Shown one piece after another: positions 25,562 through 34,004 of a DNA stretch of 40,986 nucleotides. Source of the stretch: Candidatus Binataceae bacterium (GTDB taxonomy: Bacteria > Desulfobacterota > Binatia > Binatales > Binataceae); the NCBI GenBank assembly GCA_050736455.1, contig JBOHWF010000227.1, forward strand, positions 1-40,986, given 5' to 3'. Each line of letters begins with the position of its first letter. The stretch's first letter is position 1. Both the position numbers and the translations under genes were made by a program. The notes under the pieces are model-generated. The model was not told where the DNA came from. It saw only the letters and a list, made by a program, of their open reading frames with translations, and did not search any database.

Positions 25562-26095
25562 ATGGCGTTATTGAAGCTACTCGCTGCGTCGCTCTGTATG
25601 ATCTGCCTGACGATCGCGCTGTCTGGCTATCTGGTGCTCGCGCAATTGCCGCCGCCGAACCCCTCGGTTGCGCCGCTGTCAGCGCCCGTCGGGCCGGCGC
25701 AACTGCCCGCGCCCGTGACGGTCCAGGCGGCGCCGTCGCTGGTCGCGGTGCCGACCCCGGCGCCGGCCTCGCCGACCCCGCTCGCGCGCGTCTTCAATTG
25801 CAGTTGCGCGGGCGCCGGCGTGCCGACGAGCTGGATGGGTCAGGTCAGCGCGCCGGGCTTTTTTGCCGCCCGTCAGGCCGCCACCGGCGCCTGTCTTGCC
25901 TACAACCAGCGGCGCCAGCCGGCACCGCCCGAGCTCTTGACGCATCAGGCGGCGCAATTTGGCCCGGCCGCGACGCTGCCGCAAGGCTTCGAAAATCCCA
26001 ACCTGGCCGCATCGGCGGGAGCGATTCTGCCCGGCACACTAACTACCTCGACCGCGACGCAGCTTAAAGCCTGCTCGCAATGCGCCTGCGATTGA
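25562..26095 (+). CDS. Secreted hypothetical protein with a Pro-rich linker and a 7-Cys C-terminal domain
   Basis: It has a signal peptide MALLKLLAASLCMICLTIALSGYLVLA and then a PPPNPSVAPLSAPVGPAQLPAP linker. Cysteines occur in NCSCAG, GACLAY and KACSQCACD. The ATG at 25562 is preferred to the track start at 25427. Confidence 0.6.
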   Translation: MALLKLLAASLCMICLTIALSGYLVLAQLPPPNPSVAPLSAPVGPAQLPAPVTVQAAPSLVAVPTPAPASPTPLARVFNCSCAGAGVPTSWMGQVSAPGFFAARQAATGACLAYNQRRQPAPPELLTHQAAQFGPAATLPQGFENPNLAASAGAILPGTLTTSTATQLKACSQCACD

Positions 26096-26103
26096 TGCGC
26101 TGA

Positions 26104-26123
26104 GGCGTCGACCCCTCGACGCC
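26104..26123 (+). terminator. Possible terminator hairpin after the secreted-protein gene
   Basis: GGCGTCGA-cccc-TCGACGCC lies 8 nt after the stop. No clear U-tract follows. Confidence 0.35.
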
Positions 26124-26277
26124 GCGATTCGACCGCGCGGCGGGTTTCCATTTTTGCTTTCCACGGGATATATTTTCCGCCGATTCAGGTGAGATCGCGC
26201 CGCGGCGTCGTGGGGAGCAAAGCGCGCCGCGGGGGACAAGCGTCGCGGGTAAAAATTCAAGCGAGAACGGAGCTTAC

Positions 26278-27063
26278 ATGGCAGACCAAAGTTGGAAAGA
26301 AGTGAAGTACCAGGTCGGCGACAACGAGCTGCAAGTGATCACCGGTGGTAGCGGAAAGCCGCTGCTGGTGCTGCACGGCGAGCTCGGGTTTCCGGGCTGG
26401 CTCAAGTGGAATGCAGCGCTGGCCGCCAAGCGCACGCTGTGCATCCCGCTCCATCCGGGTTTCGGCAAGTCGCCGCTGGCCAACTGGATCATGGACGCGC
26501 GCGACCTCGCGGCCTTCTACAGCCGCTTCATCCGCGAGCAGAAGCTCGCGCCGATGGAGGTCGTCGGCTTCTCGCTCGGCGGTTATATCGCCGCCGAGAT
26601 GGCCGTCGCCAACTCCGCCCAGTTCAGCAAGATGGTGCTGGTCGGCGCGACCGGCATGCGCCCGCCGTCGGGCGAGATCATGGACATGTTCACCGTCACC
26701 GCGCGCGCCTATCTGAACAAAAACGTGGTCGATACCCAGGGCGAAGAGTTCCGCAAGCTCTTCGGCGGCGAGCAGACGCCCGAGCAGTACGAGGCCTGGG
26801 AAGACGCGCGCGCGGAAACCGCGCGCATCGCCTGGCGGCCCTATATGTTCACCCAGAGCATGGAGCATCTGCTCGGCAACGTCGCCGGCCTGCCGACGCT
26901 GGTGGTCTGGGGCAAGCGCGATCCGGTGACCCCGCTCTCGGTGGGTGAGCTCTACAGCAAGAAGATCGCGGGCGCGAAGCTGGTGACGCTCGACTGCGGG
27001 CATATGCCCGAGGTCGAGAAGCCCGACGATTTCATCCGCGAGGTCTCGGCATTTTTGGGATGA
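26278..27063 (+). CDS. Alpha/beta-fold hydrolase
   Basis: 261 aa with an oxyanion region LLVLHGELG, the nucleophile elbow GFSLGG and a C-terminal catalytic-His region LDCGHMPEVEKPDDF. Confidence 0.85.
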   Translation: MADQSWKEVKYQVGDNELQVITGGSGKPLLVLHGELGFPGWLKWNAALAAKRTLCIPLHPGFGKSPLANWIMDARDLAAFYSRFIREQKLAPMEVVGFSLGGYIAAEMAVANSAQFSKMVLVGATGMRPPSGEIMDMFTVTARAYLNKNVVDTQGEEFRKLFGGEQTPEQYEAWEDARAETARIAWRPYMFTQSMEHLLGNVAGLPTLVVWGKRDPVTPLSVGELYSKKIAGAKLVTLDCGHMPEVEKPDDFIREVSAFLG

Positions 27064-27185
27064 TCGCGGCCGCGGGCCGGGGGCGCTGGGGTACGGAGGG
27101 CGGTCGTCCGTCCATCGGATAGTGGTCGTGCCTTCGAGGCCCATCTGATAAGAATTCGTAACGGGATTCAGCGGGAGATTTCAGC

Positions 27186-28484
27186 ATGCATTTAATGTTT
27201 TTCACCGAGCGCGCCTATCACGCGGTGCCGGAGGACGAGGTCCTCAAACGGCGGAGTTTCTTCGGCGTGCCGAATACCTTTCTGGATCGGGAGCGGGGCG
27301 CCCAGTTCCTTAACGAATATCTCGACGAGAAGATTTACTGCGACGAGCTCGGCTTTGACGGCGTGATGCTCAATGAGCATCACGGCACCCCGTTCTGCAT
27401 GGGCGCGGTGATGAACGTCGAGGCCGCAGTGCTCGCGAAAACCACCAAGAAGGTGAGGATCGTACTGCTCGGGAATCCGACGCCGATCGTCGGCAATCCG
27501 CTGCGGCTGGCCGAAGAGCTCGCGATGATCGACATGATCTCGGGCGGGCGGCTGGTGCCGGGCTTTATCCGCGGCGCCGGCAGCGAGCAGCTCTTCATGA
27601 ACGCCAACCCGGCGCAGAATCGCGAGTTGTTCGACGAAGCCCACGATTTCATTCTCCAGGCCTGGACCAAGCCCGGACCGTTCCGCTTCGAGGGCAAGCA
27701 CTTCCATTATCGGTTCGTCAATCCATGGGTGCTGCCGGTGCAGAAACCGCATCCGCCGATCTGGATTCCGGGGCTGATCAGTCCGGAGACTGTGCAGTGG
27801 ACCGCGAATCACAAATATCCGTACGTCGCGCTCGCGACGTCGCTGAAGCCCACCCTCGAGCTGTGGAACATGTACGGCAAGATCGCCGCCGATCAGGGCT
27901 ATCAGGCCGGTCCGGAGAATTTTGGCTACCTGCAGCCGGTCTTCTGCGCCGACACCGACGCGAAGGCGGAAGAGCTCGGCAAGGGCTTTCTCTTCGGCGG
28001 CAGCTTCGCGCATTTCGCCAAGCCCGAATGGATGTTCCCGCCCGGCTACAACTCGAAAGCGGCAACCAAACGGCTCGCCAGCCAGGCGGCCAATCCCAAT
28101 CTGCCCGGACATGGCGGACTCGGCCATGACCCGGAGACCGACGCGGAGATTCAAGCGCTCAAAAAATCGATTTACGACGGCTACCCGACCTGGCAAAAGG
28201 ACCGCCAGATCATCACGGGCTCGCCCAAGACGCTGGTCAAGAAGCTGCGTTACATCCTCGAAGTGCTGCGGCCCGGGATCTTTTCCTTCTGGCTCGACGG
28301 GCCGTATTCGCAGGCCGATCGCCATCGCTGCGTCGAGCTGCTGGGCAAGGAAGTGATGCCCGCGCTGCACGAGATCGGCGCAGAACTCAAGCTGACGGAT
28401 CCCTTCCAGATGAAGCCAGGGACGCGGAAGCTATCCGGCAGCGGGTACGAAGCCGTCGGCAACGCCGCGATGCTCGACGCCTGA
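27186..28484 (+). CDS. LLM-class flavin-dependent oxidoreductase (large, about 430-aa type), paralog 1
   Basis: MHLMFFTERAY...GFDGVMLNEHHGTPFCMGAV.... It is highly similar along its whole length to the next gene. Confidence 0.85.
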   Translation: MHLMFFTERAYHAVPEDEVLKRRSFFGVPNTFLDRERGAQFLNEYLDEKIYCDELGFDGVMLNEHHGTPFCMGAVMNVEAAVLAKTTKKVRIVLLGNPTPIVGNPLRLAEELAMIDMISGGRLVPGFIRGAGSEQLFMNANPAQNRELFDEAHDFILQAWTKPGPFRFEGKHFHYRFVNPWVLPVQKPHPPIWIPGLISPETVQWTANHKYPYVALATSLKPTLELWNMYGKIAADQGYQAGPENFGYLQPVFCADTDAKAEELGKGFLFGGSFAHFAKPEWMFPPGYNSKAATKRLASQAANPNLPGHGGLGHDPETDAEIQALKKSIYDGYPTWQKDRQIITGSPKTLVKKLRYILEVLRPGIFSFWLDGPYSQADRHRCVELLGKEVMPALHEIGAELKLTDPFQMKPGTRKLSGSGYEAVGNAAMLDA

Positions 28485-28533
28485 GAATAAGATCGATTCA
28501 TACTGAAAGCGCGGGCTCAGGGAGAATATTGCG

Positions 28534-29835
28534 ATGCACATAATGTACTTCACCGAACGCCCGTATCTCTACGCGCCGGAGGACGAGGTGCTGAAGCTGC
28601 AAAGCTTCTTCGGCGTGCCGAACAAATATCTCGACGCCAACAAGGGCGCCGCGCTGCTCAATGAGTATCTCGACGACAAGGTGCTCGCCGAGGAACTCGG
28701 CTTCGACGGCGTGATGCTCAACGAGCATCACGGGACGCCCTTCTGCATGGGCGCGGTGATGGACATGGAGGCCGCGGTCCTCGCCAAGATCACCAAGAAG
28801 GTGCGTATCGTCCTGCTCGGCAATCCGCTGCCGGTGGTGACCAATCCGCTGCGGCTGGCCGAAGAGCTCGCGATGATCGGCATGATCTCCAAGGGCCGCC
28901 TGGTCACCGGATGGGTGCGCGGCGCGGGCAGCGAGCAGTTCGCCAACAACGCCAATCCCGCCTACAACCGCGAGTACTTCAACGAGGCGCACGATCTGAT
29001 CATGGCGGCGTGGCAGCGGCCCGGGCCGTTCCGCTGGGAGGGCAAGCATTTCCATTACCGCTTCATCAATCCGTGGGTCCTGCCGGTGCAGAAGCCGCGC
29101 CCGCCGATTTGGATTCCGGGATTAGTCAGTCCCGAGACGTTGATCTGGTGCGCCCGCCATCGCTATCCCTATCTGGCGCTTTCGACCTTCCTCGAACCGA
29201 CGATCGAGTGCTGGAACATTTATACGAAGATTGCGGCCGAAGAGGGCTATCAGGCTGGACCGGAAAACTTCGGCTATCTGCAGAAGGTTTTTCTTGCTGA
29301 AACCGAAGAGAAGGCGCAGGAGCTCGGCCGGGCAGACCTATGGGGCGGCGGCCTGACCCATTTCGCGCGGCCCGAGTGGATGTTCCCGTCGGGCTACAAC
29401 ACCAAGGAGGCGACCCGCCGGATGGCGCGCCAGTTCGTCGATCCGAAGACCGGCGCATTTGTCTTCGCCGCCGAGGCGCAGGAGAACGTCGATACCAAGG
29501 CCCTGAAGCAGGCGTTCCTCGACGCTTACCAGGGCGCGCAGGATAATCTGCAACTCATCGTCGGCACGCCCAAGACCGTCATTCCCAAGATCAAGAAGAT
29601 TCTGGACGTTTTGCGCCCGGGGATTTTCTCCTTCTGGCAGAACGACGGGCCGATCTCGACCGAGCAGCGCCGCACCTCGATGCGGCTGATCGCGAATGAG
29701 GTGGTGCCCGAGGTGCGCGAGTACAGCAAACAGCTCGGCCTCACCGACCCGTTCCAGGTCGAGCCGGGCTCGCGCAAGCTCGCGGCCGGCGCCAAGCCCG
29801 AGCCAGTCGCCCACGCCGAGGCCCTCAGCGCCTGA
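28534..29835 (+). CDS. LLM-class flavin-dependent oxidoreductase, paralog 2
   Basis: MHIMYFTERPY...GFDGVMLNEHHGTPFCMGAV.... It is a tandem paralog of 27186..28484. Confidence 0.85.
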   Translation: MHIMYFTERPYLYAPEDEVLKLQSFFGVPNKYLDANKGAALLNEYLDDKVLAEELGFDGVMLNEHHGTPFCMGAVMDMEAAVLAKITKKVRIVLLGNPLPVVTNPLRLAEELAMIGMISKGRLVTGWVRGAGSEQFANNANPAYNREYFNEAHDLIMAAWQRPGPFRWEGKHFHYRFINPWVLPVQKPRPPIWIPGLVSPETLIWCARHRYPYLALSTFLEPTIECWNIYTKIAAEEGYQAGPENFGYLQKVFLAETEEKAQELGRADLWGGGLTHFARPEWMFPSGYNTKEATRRMARQFVDPKTGAFVFAAEAQENVDTKALKQAFLDAYQGAQDNLQLIVGTPKTVIPKIKKILDVLRPGIFSFWQNDGPISTEQRRTSMRLIANEVVPEVREYSKQLGLTDPFQVEPGSRKLAAGAKPEPVAHAEALSA

Positions 29836-29888
29836 CGCGGCAGCAAGCTTGACCCCGCAGTCGCTGCTGACGCGAATCGCCGCGCGAT
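29818..29888 (+). repeat. Junction repeat R1 (last codons of LLM paralog 2 plus downstream spacer)
   Basis: GAGGCCCTCAGCGCCTGACGCGGCAGCAAGCTTGACC...CGCTGCTGACGCGAATCGCCGCGCGA. Parts of it recur at R2 and R3. Confidence 0.75.
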
Positions 29889-29935
29889 CGCGATTCACAT
29901 CAGCAGCGTTCCACGTGTGGAAGGGGCAAATCGAA

Positions 29936-30841
29936 ATGGAAGACGGTCGTCCGAGTTTCACCGCAATTGCTTCTGCGATGGTGCGGGCGGCGCATCTGCT
30001 CTGGGATGATCCGCCGAAAATCTTCGAGGATACATTGGCATTGCAGCTCTCGGGAGTTGCTAGCGAGGCGGAGCTCCGGCAGCGATTCGATGTACTGTCA
30101 AAGGAATTCGCCGCGGAATCCAGTCCCGAATTGGCTCAGGCTACGCTCCGTTATATCCGCTGCCCAGTGACGATGCGGAGTCGCTATGTGGAAGATGAAC
30201 TCGACCAGGCGATTAAGCGGGGCGTCTCACAGTACGTTATCTTGGGAGCCGGGCTCGACTCATTCGCGAATCGCAGGCCGAACGTGGTGAAAGTTCTGCG
30301 CGTGTTCGAAGTGGATTATCCAGCCACCCAAGCCTGGAAGCGGGCGCGTCTTCAAGAACTGGGCATAGCACTGCCGCCCAACCTCGTTTTCGTGCCGCTC
30401 GATTTTGAGAAGCAATCGTTGATCGAGAGTTTGCGAGAGAACGGCTACCGTCCTAACGTCCCCGCACTCTTCTCGTGGCTCGGCGTCACGCCGTACCTGA
30501 CGCGGGATGCGATTTTCGACACGCTGCGAATGGTCGCTTCGATGGCGCCGGGCACCGAGATCATTTTCCAGTATGTTCTTCCGGCAGCACTGCTGGACGA
30601 GGAGACTCGCCAAATCCTCGACCTGCTGAAGGCGAGAGGCGCTGCTCGGGGCGAACCGATGATTACGTTTTTCGAACCGGCGAGCCTTGCGGCGCAGGTT
30701 CGGGAGTTGGGATTCGGTGAGGTCTTGGAATTCGGACCCGAGGAGGCAAACGCTCGCTACTTTGCCAATCGCACCGACGGCCTCCGCATGCGCGATATGG
30801 ATCACTTCATGAAAGCGCGAGTCGGTCCGGCATCCGGATAA
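29936..30841 (+). CDS. Class I SAM-dependent methyltransferase (LCMT/TIGR00027-like O-methyltransferase family)
   Basis: FTAIASAMVRAAH..., the SAM-binding motif VILGAGLDSFA, and VFEVDYPATQAWK. The ATG at 29936 with GGAAGGGG upstream is preferred to the track start at 29696. The gene is visibly AT-richer than its flanks. Confidence 0.82.
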   Translation: MEDGRPSFTAIASAMVRAAHLLWDDPPKIFEDTLALQLSGVASEAELRQRFDVLSKEFAAESSPELAQATLRYIRCPVTMRSRYVEDELDQAIKRGVSQYVILGAGLDSFANRRPNVVKVLRVFEVDYPATQAWKRARLQELGIALPPNLVFVPLDFEKQSLIESLRENGYRPNVPALFSWLGVTPYLTRDAIFDTLRMVASMAPGTEIIFQYVLPAALLDEETRQILDLLKARGAARGEPMITFFEPASLAAQVRELGFGEVLEFGPEEANARYFANRTDGLRMRDMDHFMKARVGPASG

Positions 30842-31509
30842 TCTTTAAAGCCGTTCTGGGTACTTGCATCGGCGCGGCAGCCGCGGAGCTATTGAAGGAA
30901 GGCCTCCGCGGAGAGCTGCCGCCCGCGAGCAGAATCTTGCCCGCGTTCGGCCTCGAGGCCAGCACCGTCGCAGTGTGACCCCAGCGATTCTCGTTCATTG
31001 CCGATCCGCGAACGATCTCGTCTGAGAAGGGATCGTAAAGATCCGTATAGTCGCCGCCAGCGATCAGGGTCCATCCGGATTTCGGCCCGACGGTAATCAC
31101 TGTTGCGGTCTGAGCATTACGCTGATCAGTCATGTCAGGTCCGGCTTTGAAGGTATCCGTGGCCGGATCATAGAGTTCGCTTGATGAATAAGGGCTGCTG
31201 TAATAATCCGCCGGTCACCAAAACCTTGCCCGCATTCGGCCCTACCGGTATCAGGGTAGCTGAGGCTTCGATCCTAACTTCATTCATCGCTGGCCGGCGA
31301 GCAGCGAAGCGATTCAATCCGGGATCAAATAACTGCGCTGCAGGAGACGCGTGGCCTCCCTGCCCAGGGTCGTAACCAGCGATCAGAATTTGACCCCAGG
31401 TCGCCATCTTCGACGGCGACGTGGAAGCCGTCGGCAAGCCGAGGCGGCAAGCCGTCGCGATTGCTATCGCAACCGGGATGGCAGCGTACTGGAAGAACCG
31501 GGCTCTCAT
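30807..31509 (-). pseudogene. Decayed Kelch-repeat propeller gene (frameshifted and 3'-truncated)
   Basis: The N-terminal part (31509..31168) has a signal peptide MRARFFQYAAIPVAIAIATA and the first blades. The reading frame switches near 31190-31200, where SSELYDPATDTFKAGP continues in another frame into 31133..30807. Homology ends after AGKILLAGG, and the tail overlaps the methyltransferase 3' end. Confidence 0.75.
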
Positions 31510-31523
31510 CGTGTCCGCCTTTG

Positions 31524-31584
31524 GCGCCTGACGCGGCAGCAAGCTTGATCCGGCCCGCGCTGCTGATCGCGAATCGCCGCGCGA
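31524..31584 (+). repeat. Junction repeat R2
   Basis: GCGCCTGACGCGGCAGCAAGCTTGATCC...CGCTGCTGATCGCGAATCGCCGCGCGA matches R1. Confidence 0.75.
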
Positions 31585-31609
31585 GCGCGCTTCGCGTCTG
31601 TGCCTGTTG

Positions 31610-32923
31610 CTACTGATGGCGAGTCGGCACGTGGCTCTTTACGCCGGTACCCGATCGCGGCGGTGGTGACGACGGCAACTGCACGGCGACCACGTCCCCG
31701 GGCGCGCCATACATCAGCGGACCGGGCGCAAAGGTGTTGGTCGCCGGATCATAGAATTCGGTCGAAGCCTCTACTTTCCCGCAAGCGATCTCCGTTTTGA
31801 AGTGGCAAGCGGCGCCGCCGGCAATCAGAATCTTTCCCGCATGCGCCCCCGAAGCGATGGTTATCGCAGCGTGTTGCGCGCGCTGAGCCTTCATTTGTGG
31901 GCCGGGCGAGAAACTATTCGACGTGGGATCGTAGAGCTCGGTCGAAGACAACTTATGAAAATCGTTGGTCTCGCCGCCAGCGATCAGAATCTTGCCGGCG
32001 TTTGGGCCAGTGGGGATAGTCGTCGCGGTGTGAAAAGCGCGAGCCGTTTTCATGCTCGCGGTATCGCCCGGTGGCGCGAAACTGTTGGTCTCCGAGTCGT
32101 AGAGCTCGGTCGAAGCCAGAGCAACAGAGTGTTCCGAATCCCCCGGGCTCCAGCCACCGACCAGCAGAATTTTTCCGGCGTTAGGTCCGGTCGCTATGAG
32201 CCCGGCGATATGCCCATAGCGGCCGATGTTCATCGCGGGTCCGGGTGTGAAGGTATTGGTCACGGGGTCGTAGAGGTCTGTCGAGTTGGGGGGATCATGT
32301 GCGCCACCGGCAAAGAGAATTTTTCCTGAGTTCGGCCCGCTGGGAATCATGGTTGCCGTAGAATAATTAAAGACATGTGGCGAGTGCGGCCCGGCTACGA
32401 CAGTGTGGGTAAACGAATCGTAGAGATCGGTTGTGTCGGGTGCGGCCAGGAGTATCCAGCCGGATCTCGGTCCTGAAGTCAGCACCGTCGCGGTCTGAGC
32501 GACGTCACGCAGCGTCCTCGTCGACTGGCGGGCGAGCGTATTAGTAGCGGGGTCGTAGAGTTCGCTCGAGTAGCGGAACTCGCCCAAAAACATCTTGCCG
32601 AGCTGTTGGTAGTACCCGAGCGTGCTTGCCTGCTCGTCGGACCCGTTGCCAAGCAAAACCTTGCCGGCGTCGGGGCCCATCGGTATCATCGTTGCACTTT
32701 CTCCGAACTCCGCCGGTTTCCTCAACTGCGGCCCAGGCGCAAAGCGATTGGACAGTGGGTCGTACAGCTCGGTCTTCGAGGTGTACTCTCCGACGATCAG
32801 AATCTGGCCCCAAGTGGCCCTTTTTGATGTGACATGGGACGCCCAGCTCCTCTCACCTATGCACAGGCCTGCTGCGACTATTGCGGTAACCGCCGCTCGC
32901 CGCGCTGTGATCCTTGGCCTCAT
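31610..32923 (-). CDS. Exported Kelch-type beta-propeller protein, copy 1
   Basis: Signal-like N-terminus MRPRITARRAAVTAIVAAGLCIGERSWA. It has 7 repeats of [ST]E[LF]YDxxTNxF...GPNAGKILxxGG. A GTG at 33022, 6 nt after the muramidase stop, is an alternative start. Confidence 0.8.
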   Translation of the reverse strand: MRPRITARRAAVTAIVAAGLCIGERSWASHVTSKRATWGQILIVGEYTSKTELYDPLSNRFAPGPQLRKPAEFGESATMIPMGPDAGKVLLGNGSDEQASTLGYYQQLGKMFLGEFRYSSELYDPATNTLARQSTRTLRDVAQTATVLTSGPRSGWILLAAPDTTDLYDSFTHTVVAGPHSPHVFNYSTATMIPSGPNSGKILFAGGAHDPPNSTDLYDPVTNTFTPGPAMNIGRYGHIAGLIATGPNAGKILLVGGWSPGDSEHSVALASTELYDSETNSFAPPGDTASMKTARAFHTATTIPTGPNAGKILIAGGETNDFHKLSSTELYDPTSNSFSPGPQMKAQRAQHAAITIASGAHAGKILIAGGAACHFKTEIACGKVEASTEFYDPATNTFAPGPLMYGAPGDVVAVQLPSSPPPRSGTGVKSHVPTRHQ

Positions 32924-33028
32924 TGCTTTCCAGTGCGGCACTCTGCCACGGGCCTGGCGTCGTAACAGCTTCGGTCGATCGGAAGTTTGCCTCGGCGATA
33001 GGAGCGAGAGAAGACTGTACACATTACT

Positions 33029-33799
33029 TTACCGGTTTCGAAAGAGTTTCTTCTCGTACGCCCGGCGGTGTTCCAAACCTTTCGATGGCCGTTTTCCAGT
33101 CTGCAGATCATGCACATAAATATAGTGGTCAAATCTCTCAGCTGCGCCGAGATAGTCGCCGGTGAATTCCCGTGGGCTAGAACTCCCGTTGAGCTTCTTC
33201 AAAAGATCTAGCTCGGCGAAATGCTTTATATTGTATGCGAGACTTGTCAACGCATCGAATTGATTCCTAGTCAGCGGAACGCCGACGTTTCTCTTTACTC
33301 GATCTTCCGCTTTGCGCACATCTTGGGTGAAGAGCCAGTCCGCGTTCTCTTTGGTGATGACCTGAGTCTCGTCCCCGAGAGGCAGGAGGTGGCCGTATCC
33401 AATAGTGGGGTGACCCGCTTCATCGTCGTATACCTGCAGCTTAAGTGCCTCCTGTTGCTCCAGCCAGTCTCGCAGCCCTCTGCTCGAGGACATGTTGCTC
33501 GGCCCGCTGAAGTCTAACAGCTTGCTGAACGTGGCGTCGCTCGGTTTGATCAAGCCACTCGGAGCGCCACTCAAGTTTCGACCCTGAAACTCGACTATTG
33601 CCCTGACCGTCTCGGAGTTGATCGAGCTTGTGAGCAGCAACAGGCGGTCGCTGCCGCCGCTCTTGATTATCTGCACGTTGAGCAGCCCCTGCACCGTCTT
33701 TATGTCCTCGCTGTCGTTGCCCCAAGGTAACTTCGGAGGCGATCCGAAATACTTCGCATCTCCTATGGGGTTCGTAATGCGATTATTCAACGCTGGCAT
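33029..33799 (-). CDS. Endolysin-like muramidase: PG_binding_1-like N-domain plus GH24 (T4-type lysozyme) C-domain, copy 1
   Basis: MPALNNRITNP...DIKTVQGLLNVQ...TVRAIVEFQGRN is the PG-binding-like part. QEALKLQVYDDEAGHPTIGYGH aligns with T4L E11/D20/T26. No signal peptide is present. The RBS GGAAGGAGAG precedes the ATG at 33799. G+C is lower than in the flanks by eye. Confidence 0.85.
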   Translation of the reverse strand: MPALNNRITNPIGDAKYFGSPPKLPWGNDSEDIKTVQGLLNVQIIKSGGSDRLLLLTSSINSETVRAIVEFQGRNLSGAPSGLIKPSDATFSKLLDFSGPSNMSSSRGLRDWLEQQEALKLQVYDDEAGHPTIGYGHLLPLGDETQVITKENADWLFTQDVRKAEDRVKRNVGVPLTRNQFDALTSLAYNIKHFAELDLLKKLNGSSSPREFTGDYLGAAERFDHYIYVHDLQTGKRPSKGLEHRRAYEKKLFRNR

Positions 33800-33908
33800 C
33801 TCGACACTCTCCTTCCGGCCGCCGTCCGCACGCGGCAAAAGCCTTCCGAAGAGCGATGACGGAAAAGTCTAGTTGTCGTAAGGATGAAACTCTTCCTCCC
33901 TCGACGCG

Positions 33909-33981
33909 GAGGCCCTCAGCGCCTAAGGCCTTAACTGGACTGCGATTCCGCGTTCGCTGCTGATCGCGAATCGCCGCGCGA
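33909..33981 (+). repeat. Junction repeat R3
   Basis: GAGGCCCTCAGCGCCTAA still spells AEALSA*, the C-terminus of LLM paralog 2. CGCTGCTGATCGCGAATCGCCGCGCGA is the core shared with R1 and R2. Confidence 0.75.
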
Positions 33982-34004
33982 CTGCGATGACGCCAGGAGG
34001 GCGG

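Noticed and set aside
27192-28370. 392-aa minus-strand ORF (and 28498..29055 on the minus strand)
   Set aside because: Both are antisense to the two LLM oxidoreductase genes, with shadow-ORF composition.
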